A DNA stretch of 64,000 nt from Flavobacteriales bacterium (GCA_031417525.1 JANOVT010000332.1:19365-83364), one strand, 5' to 3'. Shown: positions 19,888 to 29,857, counted from the first letter of the stretch. The notes: generated by a model from the letters alone, not told the origin. Program-made: numbers and translations.

Positions 19888-20100
19888 TCATTTTGATTTT
19901 GATTCAAGATCATACTGTTCTTGAGTGAGCATTCTGCCGTCTGGCATGGCGTAATACAATCGATGATTTATGCTGTAAATATTCGGAAGACCATATTTCC
20001 AATTTTCAAGTTGAGCTTCTCGGGCCGCCTTTTTCATAATGCGAAGCATTCTGGCCGCAAACTCATAGGACTGTATTAATTTACTCTCACGTTCACTCAT
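19888..20100 (-). CDS. Small hypothetical protein, translationally coupled to the upstream zeta-like kinase
   Basis: 70 aa from ATG 20100 (MSERESKLIQSYEF...). ATGAGTGA overlap: the ATG at 20100-20098 lies within the last codons of the upstream gene, and its TGA is at 20095-20093. No recognised family. Confidence 0.5.
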   Translation of the reverse strand: MSERESKLIQSYEFAARMLRIMKKAAREAQLENWKYGLPNIYSINHRLYYAMPDGRMLTQEQYDLESKSK

Positions 20101-20662
20101 GATCAACCAACTTTATAAATTCGTTATACAAATCTAAATCAAAAACCTGAATGCTGTCAATGATAGAATGCGCCACCTGGATCGGCTCATGTGAGGTATT
20201 ATTGATTAGAGTCCAGTTGTCCGACATGTCTTTATAAAGCTTCCAGAAATTTAAATGACTTCGTTGAAATCTTCGAAGTACATCTTCTACCGGAACATTG
20301 TGCCCTCCTTTTACCACGCGCTGCTCAATTCGTTTCAAATGCTGTTGCGCATTTTCTAGATAGACAAAAAACAATCGGATCGAATATCCGTCATCAATAA
20401 ATTTTCTTATTTCCTTGACAAGTGTCCTACCAGACAAGGTTGATTCCAGAATGAGGGAATTTCCGGCCTGCCGGTGTTGCTGCAATTCACAAATGAATAT
20501 CCTTCCAGCTGTGATCTGGGCGATTTTATCATTTTTGTCAGAAAGCCCCTTTCGTATTTCATCCGAATTCAAAAAAGGATAATTGAACTCCGTGAGGAAT
20601 GCACTGGCAAAAGTTGATTTGCCACTTCCATTTGGACCACCAACAATGATGAGTTCTTTCAT
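20093..20662 (-). CDS. Zeta-toxin-like / AAA_33-like P-loop kinase
   Basis: 189 aa. Walker A GGPNGSGKST at the N-terminus and the later motif VVKGGHNVPVEDVLRRFQRS, typical of zeta-toxin-family small kinases. Confidence 0.65.
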   Translation of the reverse strand: MKELIIVGGPNGSGKSTFASAFLTEFNYPFLNSDEIRKGLSDKNDKIAQITAGRIFICELQQHRQAGNSLILESTLSGRTLVKEIRKFIDDGYSIRLFFVYLENAQQHLKRIEQRVVKGGHNVPVEDVLRRFQRSHLNFWKLYKDMSDNWTLINNTSHEPIQVAHSIIDSIQVFDLDLYNEFIKLVDHE

Positions 20663-20687
20663 TTCAAGTGAAAGACTTTATAACCTA

Positions 20688-23105
20688 TTACTTCTTCCCT
20701 GCGCTCTTCTTTTTCGCGGGAGCTCTCTTCTTCGCCGGAGCTTTTTTAGCAGGAGCTTTTTTCGCTGAAGCCTTTTTGGCTGCAGCTTTTGCAAGCGCTG
20801 CTTTTTTCTTCGGTGAAGGATTGGCGTCTTGTTCTTCAATCGCAGCAAGTACATCCGAAATAGTGATTGTTTTCGGATCAGCGCCTTTGGGCAACTTGTA
20901 ATTTTCTTTTTCCTTCTTGATGTAAGGACCAAAACGCCCCTGAATCACTTGAATATCCGGATGGCTGTCAAACTTCTGAAGCAGGGCTGCATTCACACCG
21001 GCAATTTTATCTTCAATCAATTTAGTCGCACGTTCAATTTCAATGGTGAATGGATCATCGCCTTCTTTCGGACGAAGACTCACGAACATGCTTCCCCATT
21101 TCACAAACGGACCGAATCTTCCGAGAGCGGCCGTTACAGACTGACCCTGATATTCACCGACCAGACGAGGAAGATCGAAAAGTTTCATCGCTTCTTCCAG
21201 TGTGATATTTCCGATGCTTTGTCCCGCGCGCAGTGAGGCGAATTTTTTCTCTTCATCTTCACTTCCGCCCAATTGAACCACCGGACCAAAACGCGCAATA
21301 CGAGCGATCACTGGCTTACCTGACTTGGGATCAATACCCAATTCACGCTCTCCGGATTGACGCTGTGCATTTTCCAAAGTCTCCAATACATTCTGATGAA
21401 AAGGATGATAAAACTTTTTCATCATGTCCTGCCATTGCAGTTTGCCCTCGGCAATTTCATCGAATTCCTCTTCCACATTTGCTGTGAAAGCATAATCAAG
21501 AATGACCGGAAATTGATCTACCAAAAAATCATTCACCACAATTCCGATATCTGTTGGGAAGAGTTTGTTCTTCTCTGCTCCGGTAAATTCAGATTTCGTT
21601 TCAGCGGTGATATTCGGGGTGCGCAAAGTGATCACTTCGTATTTCCTTTCCACTCCATCCTTATCTTTTTTCTCGATGTACTCGCGATTCTGAATCGTCG
21701 AAATAGTTGGAGCATAAGTAGAAGGTCGGCCGATACCAAGTTCTTCCAATCGCTTTACCAAAGCAGCTTCCGAATAACGTGTCGGCTTTTGGGTAAAACT
21801 TTGTGTGGCAATCATTTCAGCCAGTTTCAATTTCTGACCAACGGTCAGAGGCGGCAACATGCCACTTCCACCCTCTTCGTTTTCTTCATCATCCGAACTT
21901 TCGATATAGACTTTCAAAAACCCATCGAATTTGATCACTTCACCTTTAGCGAGCAGCACATCACTCATTGTGCTGATGCCCACTGTGGCAGTTGTTTTTT
22001 CGAGTTCAGCATCCGCCATTTGGGAAGCGATGGTTCTTTTCCAGATCAACTCATACAGACGTTGTTCATCTCTTTCACCATCTACTTGTGAAACAGCAAT
22101 ATCTGTCGGGCGGATTGCTTCGTGAGCTTCCTGAGCGCCTTTGCTTTTATTTGTGAACTGGCGTGTTTTGCTGTAGTGTGCACCAAAACTATTTGTGATC
22201 GCTTGTTTCGCGGAGTCGAGTGCAAAATCAGAGAGATTCACACTGTCTGTTCTCATGTAAGTGATCTTTCCACTTTCGTACAATCGCTGCGCAACAACCA
22301 TCGTTTTAGAAACGCTGAAACCCAATTTTCGTGATGCTTCCTGTTGAAGGGTTGAAGTTGTGAATGGCGCTGCCGGTGTTCGTTTGGCAGGCTTTGTTTC
22401 TATGTTGGTGATGCTAAATTCAGCACCATTTGCTTTGGACAAAAATTCATTTGCCTCGGCAGATTCTTTGAGTTTTCTGTTGAGGTCTGCTTTTAAAATG
22501 GCAGAACCCAGATCAAAATTTCCACGCACATTATAATAAGAGGAGGCGAGGAATTTTTCAATTTCGCGTTCACGTTCGACGATAATTCTCACTGCCACGC
22601 TTTGAACACGACCGGCAGAAAGACCACCTTTTACTTTTTTCCATAAAACCGGAGAAAGTTCAAAACCTACCAACCTGTCGAGTACACGACGCGCCTGCTG
22701 AGCGTTGACCAGATCGATATCGATGGTCCGTGGATGATCAATCGCAGCCTGGATGGCCTTTTTGGTAATCTCGTGAAAAACGATTCGTTTGGTGTCTTTG
22801 ATGGAAAGACCGAGAGCTTCCGCAAGGTGCCATGAGATGGCTTCTCCCTCGCGGTCCTCATCCGTTGCGAGCCAAACGTGTTCCGCTTTTGCTGCCAGCT
22901 TTTTCAGTTCGTTGATGACGTCCTGTTTGTCGGCCGACACTTCATACACTGGAACAAAACCCTTTTCGATATTGATGGCGACATCACTTTTCGGCAGATC
23001 TCTCACGTGTCCATAACTGCTTTTCACGATAAAATCCTTCCCAAGGTATCCTTCGATGGTTTTTGCTTTTGCCGGTGACTCGACGATGACTAAATTCTTA
23101 CTCAT
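20688..23105 (-). CDS. topA: DNA topoisomerase I with Lys/Ala-rich C-terminal tail
   Basis: 805 aa. TOPRIM N-terminus (LVIVESPAKAKTI), active-site region (YMRTDS), and C-terminal repeats (GRFGPF, GRFGPY). The tail is KKKAALAKAAAKKASAKKAPAKKAPAKKRAPAKKKSAGKK. Confidence 0.95.
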   Translation of the reverse strand: MSKNLVIVESPAKAKTIEGYLGKDFIVKSSYGHVRDLPKSDVAINIEKGFVPVYEVSADKQDVINELKKLAAKAEHVWLATDEDREGEAISWHLAEALGLSIKDTKRIVFHEITKKAIQAAIDHPRTIDIDLVNAQQARRVLDRLVGFELSPVLWKKVKGGLSAGRVQSVAVRIIVEREREIEKFLASSYYNVRGNFDLGSAILKADLNRKLKESAEANEFLSKANGAEFSITNIETKPAKRTPAAPFTTSTLQQEASRKLGFSVSKTMVVAQRLYESGKITYMRTDSVNLSDFALDSAKQAITNSFGAHYSKTRQFTNKSKGAQEAHEAIRPTDIAVSQVDGERDEQRLYELIWKRTIASQMADAELEKTTATVGISTMSDVLLAKGEVIKFDGFLKVYIESSDDEENEEGGSGMLPPLTVGQKLKLAEMIATQSFTQKPTRYSEAALVKRLEELGIGRPSTYAPTISTIQNREYIEKKDKDGVERKYEVITLRTPNITAETKSEFTGAEKNKLFPTDIGIVVNDFLVDQFPVILDYAFTANVEEEFDEIAEGKLQWQDMMKKFYHPFHQNVLETLENAQRQSGERELGIDPKSGKPVIARIARFGPVVQLGGSEDEEKKFASLRAGQSIGNITLEEAMKLFDLPRLVGEYQGQSVTAALGRFGPFVKWGSMFVSLRPKEGDDPFTIEIERATKLIEDKIAGVNAALLQKFDSHPDIQVIQGRFGPYIKKEKENYKLPKGADPKTITISDVLAAIEEQDANPSPKKKAALAKAAAKKASAKKAPAKKAPAKKRAPAKKKSAGKK

Positions 23106-23420
23106 TCCTGGTTTTACGTATTTCGATTGTACCGCCTTTTCTAAATAAAAAAGCGATCAATCAGCTATTAATCTGAACGCCGAAAGTAATCTTTTGGTTC
23201 TATTGGCGCTTCCTGATTTAAAAGCGGCAAATGTATGGGGTGAAAAAATTAATCTTCCAAATACCAGTTTTAGCAAGTATCACAATGACCGAAAATGAGA
23301 ATCCAGATCACAAACTAAATCTGCAATTTGTTGTCGGATGGTGTAATTTAGTGTCTTCAAAAGCTTGAGATATGTTTTGCTTAATAATTCCTCTGACATT
23401 AAAAATAAGCTCGCATAAAT

Positions 23421-24920
23421 ATGAAACAATACATCATCACAGCAAGTTTGATATTGTTTCTTCATTCCTTGGCGAGTAGTCAGAACTGGCGATTGTTTAC
23501 TAATCAAAAACTCAATTTTCAAAAGAATTTCAGTGGCCAAATCAATGAACAAATTCAAATTGATTCTATTTCCGTTTTAGGAGGTGATTCGATCTTTCAC
23601 TTCAACAGGATATTTGTTGAATCAGGAATTTCATTTCCTGAAATATCATGTTGCAATGATTGTTATGGTGTGAATGGTCAGCCTGGTTTTCTCGGTTTGG
23701 ACTATACAAAGCTTGGAGACGGCAATTCAAAACTGCATTTTTCTGGTTATGATTTATTTCTTGTAACCAATATGGAACCAGGAATTTCCTTTGAATACAA
23801 TTCAATGACACAAGATTCCGCAAGAGTGGATTCGGTTGGGTTTGAATCGTTTCTAGGCCTGGAGGATTCGGTCAAATATATTTCGACTGATAATTTTGAT
23901 TCTTTTGCTATCACAAAATCTCATGGCTTACTTCGCTGTCAATTAGGGTGGAATGTATACAGTCTATTTGGAATCCAGGGAACCGATATTGGTGAATCAC
24001 TTCCGGTTTTCAATGATTTTTTTGGCTATTTACCCGGCGACAGTTTGCAATACAGGTTTACATCATCTTATTTTGATCCCAATGGAGTTTCGAACTATTG
24101 TGGACATTTGAGAATTGTTATTGATTCTGTTAACCAGATCGCGGACCAAAGGCATCTTCATTGCCATTCCAACTACATTAATTCATACAACGAGCAATTT
24201 GGACCAACACACTATGGCGAAATGGTTTTCTCCGATTCAATCATTGACTTGTTTGACAATGCCTATCCGGGTATGCTTTTTCCTGCCGGATTCACAACAG
24301 GAATAGTCACACAAATTTTCATTGACTACGGTGAAGAAGATCCCTTATTTCTAAACCTCCATTCTCTTATGCGGCCAATCAGGGAGGACAATGGAACGTA
24401 TAATTATGAATTCGCCGCGGACATTTATTCTGCCACTGATAACTCGGTCAACCAATTTGGATATATACAATCTGACATCATCCCATCTGCTTTTTACAGT
24501 TGTTCATACAATCAATGCGCGGCTAACGAACTAATGTCAAATGCATTTCAACTTACTCAGAACTTTGGTTTCACCTATCAGGAATTTTACATTTTCGAAC
24601 ATGGAGGTACGCGTGAGCTCGTTGCTTGCAGGAAAGGTGAACACCATTTTGGAGATTTCTCGGTATTTGATTGCTCATTGGGCGTTGAAGATATGTTGCT
24701 GACTTTTCAAGTTTATCCCAATCCATCAGATGAATATGTAAAAATTCACGGTCTTCAAAAAATTAATCTTCAGATTCAATTATTAGATGTGACGGGCAAT
24801 TGCATCAGGCAATTCAAAAATTCAGATACCAATCTTGAAATAGATACAAGCGACCTTTCATCAGGACTATACTTTATTACAATCCCAGGTTATCAGGCAA
24901 AACGCCTCATCAAGAACTGA
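23421..24920 (+). CDS. Secreted hypothetical protein with T9SS type A C-terminal sorting domain
   Basis: 499 aa with a signal peptide. C-terminal VYPNPSDEYVKIHGL...LLDVTGNCI...LSSGLYFITI matches the Por secretion CTD pattern. Confidence 0.8.
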   Translation: MKQYIITASLILFLHSLASSQNWRLFTNQKLNFQKNFSGQINEQIQIDSISVLGGDSIFHFNRIFVESGISFPEISCCNDCYGVNGQPGFLGLDYTKLGDGNSKLHFSGYDLFLVTNMEPGISFEYNSMTQDSARVDSVGFESFLGLEDSVKYISTDNFDSFAITKSHGLLRCQLGWNVYSLFGIQGTDIGESLPVFNDFFGYLPGDSLQYRFTSSYFDPNGVSNYCGHLRIVIDSVNQIADQRHLHCHSNYINSYNEQFGPTHYGEMVFSDSIIDLFDNAYPGMLFPAGFTTGIVTQIFIDYGEEDPLFLNLHSLMRPIREDNGTYNYEFAADIYSATDNSVNQFGYIQSDIIPSAFYSCSYNQCAANELMSNAFQLTQNFGFTYQEFYIFEHGGTRELVACRKGEHHFGDFSVFDCSLGVEDMLLTFQVYPNPSDEYVKIHGLQKINLQIQLLDVTGNCIRQFKNSDTNLEIDTSDLSSGLYFITIPGYQAKRLIKN

Positions 24921-25053
24921 CAATTTATCTGCCTTTCAGTAATTTCCAATTGATCGTCCGTAAATTCGCGCCTCCAGTAATTATTCATTTTCAAAACAGC
25001 CAAACACTGTGGAAGAAAAAACCATCGACGAAACCCGACAGGGTGAATACCTT

Positions 25054-26496
25054 ATGTTTCCCGAAGTTCAGGGCATTGAGGTCAATCCAATCAAAAAGAA
25101 CCGAAAACTTCTGCTGGAGAGCTATGGCTGTCAGATGAATTTTTCCGACAGCGAAATTGTGGCCAGTATCCTCGCAAAGGAAGGATTTACGACTACACGC
25201 GATGCAGAAGAAGCTGATCTCGTGTTGCTCAATACCTGCGCCATCCGCGACAATGCAGAGCTCAAAATCCGCAGCCGCCTCAATTTTTTGCGGTCCATCA
25301 AAAAGCGCAGACCTGAAATGACCATTGGTGTGTTGGGCTGCATGGCAGAAAGACTTCGTGAAAAATTAATGGAGCAGGAACGACTTGTGGATCTGGTTGT
25401 TGGTCCGGATGCGTATCGTGATCTCCCGAATCTCATCGAAAAACTCGAGACAGGCCAGAAAGGCGTGAATGTTTTGCTGAGCCGCGAAGAAACCTATGCG
25501 GAAATCACTCCGGTTCGATTGAACGGCAATGGCATCAACGCGTTTATTTCTATCATGCGGGGATGTGACAATATGTGTTCCTTCTGTGTGGTGCCATTTA
25601 CCAGAGGACGCGAAAGAAGTCGCGATCCATTTTCAATTGTCAAAGAAGCCAAAGAAGTTTTTGAACTCGGCTATCGTGAAGTTACGCTTCTTGGTCAGAA
25701 TGTCGACTCTTACAAATGGAGACCAACAATAGAAACAACAGAAATTTCAGATATAAAAAGTGAAACTCCACCGGTCAGTTTCGCACAACTACTCGAGATG
25801 GTTGCACTGGTCAGTCCTGATTTGCTGGTGCGCTATTCCACATCACACCCTAAAGACATGACGGATGACGTGCTGTATGTGATGGCGAAATATGACAATA
25901 TCTGTAAGTATGTTCACCTACCAGTGCAAAGTGGAAATAGTGCGGTATTGAAAAGGATGAATCGCGGTTATGATCGCGAATGGTATTTGGATCGTATTGC
26001 AGCGATTCGACGGATTATGCCGGATTGTGCTATCTCAACAGATATCATCACTGGATTTTGTGGTGAAACAGAAGAAGAACACCAGGATACCCTTTCTCTG
26101 ATGAAAGAAGTCAGTTACGAGATGACGTATATGTTTAAGTATTCTGAACGTCCGAAAACTTTAGCGGAAAGGAAATACGATGATGATGTTCCGGAGGAAG
26201 TGAAATCCAGAAGGCTTCAAGAAATCATCGATGTTCATCTTGCCAATGCGACGATTCAAACCAAAAAATACATTGGCTATTCGCAGCGCGTGCTGATAGA
26301 AGGCGTTTCAAAAAAATCAGAAGACTATTACTACGGCCGCAATTCTCAAAGCATTGTAGTTGTATTTCCCAAAGGCGAGGGATACCAGCCCGGAGACTTT
26401 GTAGACGTTATGACAACTGATTCAACGGCAGTGACTCTCATCGGAAATGTTTTAAAAGTCTATCCGCGTCCCACTATTAACGAACCATCTTTGTAG
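25054..26496 (+). CDS. miaB: tRNA-i6A37 methylthiotransferase MiaB
   Basis: UPF0004 N-domain (SYGCQMN), radical-SAM [11 protein letters not shown], and a TRAM C-terminus. The start is ambiguous between GTG 25009 and ATG 25054. Confidence 0.9.
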   Translation: MFPEVQGIEVNPIKKNRKLLLESYGCQMNFSDSEIVASILAKEGFTTTRDAEEADLVLLNTCAIRDNAELKIRSRLNFLRSIKKRRPEMTIGVLGCMAERLREKLMEQERLVDLVVGPDAYRDLPNLIEKLETGQKGVNVLLSREETYAEITPVRLNGNGINAFISIMRGCDNMCSFCVVPFTRGRERSRDPFSIVKEAKEVFELGYREVTLLGQNVDSYKWRPTIETTEISDIKSETPPVSFAQLLEMVALVSPDLLVRYSTSHPKDMTDDVLYVMAKYDNICKYVHLPVQSGNSAVLKRMNRGYDREWYLDRIAAIRRIMPDCAISTDIITGFCGETEEEHQDTLSLMKEVSYEMTYMFKYSERPKTLAERKYDDDVPEEVKSRRLQEIIDVHLANATIQTKKYIGYSQRVLIEGVSKKSEDYYYGRNSQSIVVVFPKGEGYQPGDFVDVMTTDSTAVTLIGNVLKVYPRPTINEPSL

Positions 26497-26503
26497 ACGA
26501 ATC

Positions 26504-27745
26504 ATGGAGATCCGCACAGTTAAACAACGTTTTGAAATCATCGGTAATTCACCGATGTTGAATCGTGCGCTTGACATCGCTGTTCAGGTGGCAGCAACGA
26601 ATATGTCTGTTCTGATCAACGGAGAAAGTGGTACGGGTAAAGAGAATATTCCGAAAATTATACATGCATATAGTGCCAGAAAACACGCTCCATACATAGC
26701 TGTGAACTGCGGTGCGATTCCGGAAGGCACGATCGATAGTGAGTTATTTGGTCATGAAAAAGGATCATTTACCGGAGCAACCGATTCAAGAAAGGGATAC
26801 TTTGAAGAAGCCAATGGAGGAACCATTTTTCTGGATGAGGTCGCCGAGTTGCCTTTGCAGACGCAGGTGAGATTGCTTCGTGTGTTGGAAACAGGAGAAT
26901 ACATCCGAGTAGGATCTTCCAAAGTGCAGAAGACCAATGTGCGCGTTGTAGCAGCCACGAATGTGGAATTCAGCAACGCGATCCGCAATGGGAAATTCAG
27001 AGAAGATCTTTATTACAGACTCAACCAGGTACCGGTTTATTTGCCGCCGTTGAGAGAACGCAGCGAAGACATTCCGATGCTTTTTGCCAAATTCACATCA
27101 GATTTTTCGGAGAAATACAAGATGCCGATTCTGACACTGACACCGGAGGCGATGGAATTGTTGGTTCATTATTCCTGGCCGGGAAATGTTCGACAGCTAA
27201 AAAACATTACAGAGCAGATCAATGTATTGGAACAGAATCGAACGATTTCAGCAGAAACGTTGCGATACTATTTACCTCATGAGGGCTTTGGTTCAAGCTC
27301 GCTTGTAGTTGCGAATAATACAGCGAATCAGCCGAATTTTTCAGAGCGTGAAATTTTATACAAGGTACTTTTCGACATGAAAAACGACCTGAACGATTTG
27401 AAGAAGCTGGTGACCGGCATGATTCAATCAGGTTCTGATTTCGCACATGACTCTACGAATGCTGAATTGGTGCAGCGTGTGTTAGCAACGGACGGAGAAG
27501 TTCATTTTGATCCCGGAAGTCAGTCCAACTCAGGTTTGATTCGTTTGCCGCAAAAAAATGGACAAGCTTCAGGTGCTCCGCATATTGAAGTAGAAGAATC
27601 ACTTTCGCTTCAGAGTTCCGAAAAAGATTTGATTGAAAAAGCGTTGAAGAAACATCGTAACAAAAGGAAGTATGCCGCAGAGGAATTGGGTATTTCTGAG
27701 CGAACACTTTATAGAAAAATCAAAGAATATAATTTGGTGAAGTAG
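26504..27745 (+). CDS. Sigma-54-dependent transcriptional activator lacking an N-terminal sensory domain
   Basis: 413 aa. The AAA+ domain starts at about residue 10 (IIGNSPML...GESGTGKE). It has a GSFTGA loop, RVVAATN, and a C-terminal Fis-type HTH (ELGISERTLYRKIKEYNL). Confidence 0.9.
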   Translation: MEIRTVKQRFEIIGNSPMLNRALDIAVQVAATNMSVLINGESGTGKENIPKIIHAYSARKHAPYIAVNCGAIPEGTIDSELFGHEKGSFTGATDSRKGYFEEANGGTIFLDEVAELPLQTQVRLLRVLETGEYIRVGSSKVQKTNVRVVAATNVEFSNAIRNGKFREDLYYRLNQVPVYLPPLRERSEDIPMLFAKFTSDFSEKYKMPILTLTPEAMELLVHYSWPGNVRQLKNITEQINVLEQNRTISAETLRYYLPHEGFGSSSLVVANNTANQPNFSEREILYKVLFDMKNDLNDLKKLVTGMIQSGSDFAHDSTNAELVQRVLATDGEVHFDPGSQSNSGLIRLPQKNGQASGAPHIEVEESLSLQSSEKDLIEKALKKHRNKRKYAAEELGISERTLYRKIKEYNLVK

Positions 27746-27792
27746 AAAATTTTCGCCTGAAAAAAGCCGTTACTCAGCGCACATCAGCAGAA

Positions 27793-28293
27793 TTGAAACC
27801 GTTTGTTTACATACTTTTTACTGCAACTATCTTTAGTGGATGCCGGTTTTATTCCTTTACCGGAGGACAATTCAGTGGTGCAAAAACTTTTTCAGTTGAC
27901 TACTTTAAACCACAAACCGGCATGGCCACGCCGCTTTATGCGCAGCGACTTACCGAGTCGATGAAGGATTTATTGTTGTCACAGAGTCCGCTCAAGTTGG
28001 CGGAAAAAGATGGTGACCTGCAGTATTCAGGAATGATCACAGACTACATGACTGCGCCAGTTGCAATTCAATCGGGTGCTGCAGAAACCGCATCACTGAA
28101 TCGTTTGACCATTACCGTCAAAGTGAAATATGAAAATGTTTTAGAACCTGAGTTGGGTTTTGACAAAACTTTTACGAAATATGCTGACTTCGATGCCAAT
28201 CAGGATTTGTTTAGTATAGAAGAAAGTTTGTGGAAACTCATCAATGATCAGTTGACACAGGAATTGTATAATGCGAGTGTAGGAAATTGGTAA
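27793..28293 (+). CDS. lptE: LPS-assembly lipoprotein LptE-like
   Basis: 166 aa. Lipobox IFSGC followed by RFYSFTG, as in Bacteroidota LptE, with a TTG start. Conserved position after miaB and the sigma54 activator. Confidence 0.6.
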   Translation: MKPFVYILFTATIFSGCRFYSFTGGQFSGAKTFSVDYFKPQTGMATPLYAQRLTESMKDLLLSQSPLKLAEKDGDLQYSGMITDYMTAPVAIQSGAAETASLNRLTITVKVKYENVLEPELGFDKTFTKYADFDANQDLFSIEESLWKLINDQLTQELYNASVGNW

Positions 28294-28320
28294 TAATATT
28301 CAGATAGATCATATATAGAA

Positions 28321-29481
28321 TTGGATAAATACAGCATCGATAAAATCATAGAAAATCCGGAATTGCTGATGCAACTGGAGATGGAAGAGTTGGGGAAAAT
28401 TTCCAACCAGTTTCCTTATTTCGGTGCTGCACAGATCATTCTTGCGCGAGCTTATCAGCAGCGAGGTGACTATCGGTATACTGATCAATTGCATCAGGCA
28501 GCAGTTTATGCGAATGACCGGCATGTTCTATACAATTGGGTTAAAAAGTCATCGGGAACTTTTTCTGAACCACAAGCTCACGATCAAATAGAACAAGCGA
28601 TTGAAGGGCGCGTTGAAGTTGAGACCACTTCTCCGCAAGTCATAACACCTTCCGCGGAAATTATCATTGAAAATGGTTCGGAACTGGCAGCACTCATTCT
28701 GAATGACGACGAAAAGCTTCATGATGCTCCACAAGAAACGGAAAGAATTGCAAGTTCTGTTGCATCAATAATAGAAGTTGTTCCTGATATCATTCAGGAA
28801 GTTCAGGAAGAAACTGATCTTCCGAAGTTCGATATCTCGGCGATGGATCCTTTGCAACAGCAGATTCTGGTTGAAGCCTTGCACAGAAGTATGGAAGCTG
28901 AGGTGACACCGGAACATCCAATACTTGAAAGTGCAAACGATAAAAAGCAACTTAGTGAAGAAGATCTGGAATCTCCAGACAGCAACAGCTACGCGGCCTG
29001 GATGTTGAAACGATCCAGGGCATTACATTTTGGAGATGATGCTGCGACACGAAAAGTTGAAGAAGACATTCCGGCCGGAGCGCAGGACTGGATCAGAAAA
29101 CCACAAGAGCCGAATACTGAAGCGTCAGAACGGGAGCAGGTAATTGATCCGCCTGCAATGCCTGCCAGCCTTTCACATGGTGTAAAAAGGATACAGGTAT
29201 CAGATTCAAAATCACATCAGAAAGACCTGATCGATCGATTTATACAGCACGAACCGAACATTTCGCGTGGCAAAATATCCGAGTATTCGGCTGGTAATAT
29301 TGCCAAGGACAGTCTGGAAGAGGACTTTTCTATGGTCACCGAAACCATTGCTCAATTATTTGCGAAACAGGGCAAGTTTGACAAGGCCCGGAAGGCCTAC
29401 CGAAAATTGATTGAGCTATATCCTGAAAAAAGTGTTTACTTTGCCGCCCAATTAAAAAATTTAGATAAACTCAAAAAGTAA
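28321..29481 (+). CDS. Hypothetical protein with acidic middle region and TPR-like C-terminus
   Basis: 386 aa with a TTG start. The C-terminal AQLFAKQGKFDKARKAYRKLIELYPEKSVYF looks like a TPR unit. Confidence 0.55.
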   Translation: MDKYSIDKIIENPELLMQLEMEELGKISNQFPYFGAAQIILARAYQQRGDYRYTDQLHQAAVYANDRHVLYNWVKKSSGTFSEPQAHDQIEQAIEGRVEVETTSPQVITPSAEIIIENGSELAALILNDDEKLHDAPQETERIASSVASIIEVVPDIIQEVQEETDLPKFDISAMDPLQQQILVEALHRSMEAEVTPEHPILESANDKKQLSEEDLESPDSNSYAAWMLKRSRALHFGDDAATRKVEEDIPAGAQDWIRKPQEPNTEASEREQVIDPPAMPASLSHGVKRIQVSDSKSHQKDLIDRFIQHEPNISRGKISEYSAGNIAKDSLEEDFSMVTETIAQLFAKQGKFDKARKAYRKLIELYPEKSVYFAAQLKNLDKLKK

Positions 29482-29487
29482 TCAATC

Positions 29488-29799
29488 ATGGCATCGTTTA
29501 TTGTGATATTAATCGTGATCGTGGCAGTCCTGTTGGGCATTGTAGTACTGGTTCAGAATCCGAAAGGTGGTGGACTGGCTGTAGGATTTCAGGGCACCAC
29601 GCAGGTTGGCGGAGTTCAGCGCACAGCGGATTTCCTTGAAAAAGCTACCTGGTATCTAGCCATCGGACTTTTTGTTCTTTGTCTGATTTCAGCAAAATGG
29701 TATACCTCATCAACTATTCTGGATCAAGATTCAGCACCAGCTGGTACAGAGCAACCGGCAGACGCTACCGGAGACGGAACCACTCCAGACGGACAATAA
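29488..29799 (+). CDS. secG: Preprotein translocase subunit SecG
   Basis: 103 aa with two TM helices and a typical SecG loop (NPKGGGL...). Followed by a strong terminator. Confidence 0.8.
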   Translation: MASFIVILIVIVAVLLGIVVLVQNPKGGGLAVGFQGTTQVGGVQRTADFLEKATWYLAIGLFVLCLISAKWYTSSTILDQDSAPAGTEQPADATGDGTTPDGQ

Positions 29800-29823
29800 A
29801 ATTGACAGTATTCGAATAAGTTA

Positions 29824-29857
29824 ATGTCAGTGTGTCGTACGCACTGACATTTTTTTT
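29824..29857 (+). terminator. Rho-independent terminator after secG
   Basis: atgtcagtg ... cactgacat forms a perfect 9-bp stem, followed by 7 T. Confidence 0.85.

Noticed and set aside
19704-19913. 69-aa minus-strand ORF downstream of the TA-like pair
   Set aside because: Its composition is low-complexity (NQNQND, SSISL). It overlaps the end of the better-supported 70-aa ORF and the hairpin region. It is more likely non-coding.
20668-20901. 77-aa Ala/Phe-rich plus-strand ORF, and the 84-aa minus-strand ORF at 20678-20932
   Set aside because: These are out-of-frame or antisense shadows of the Lys/Ala-repeat tail of topA. They are low-complexity artefacts.
21357-22091. 244-aa plus-strand ORF antisense to topA
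   Set aside because: It lies entirely inside a confidently identified conserved gene on the other strand and has no recognisable motifs. Similar antisense ORFs were rejected for the same reason: 76-585, 1342-1854, 11547-12080, 12709-13158, 16413-16862, 37050-37427, 38815-39249 and 43273-43629.
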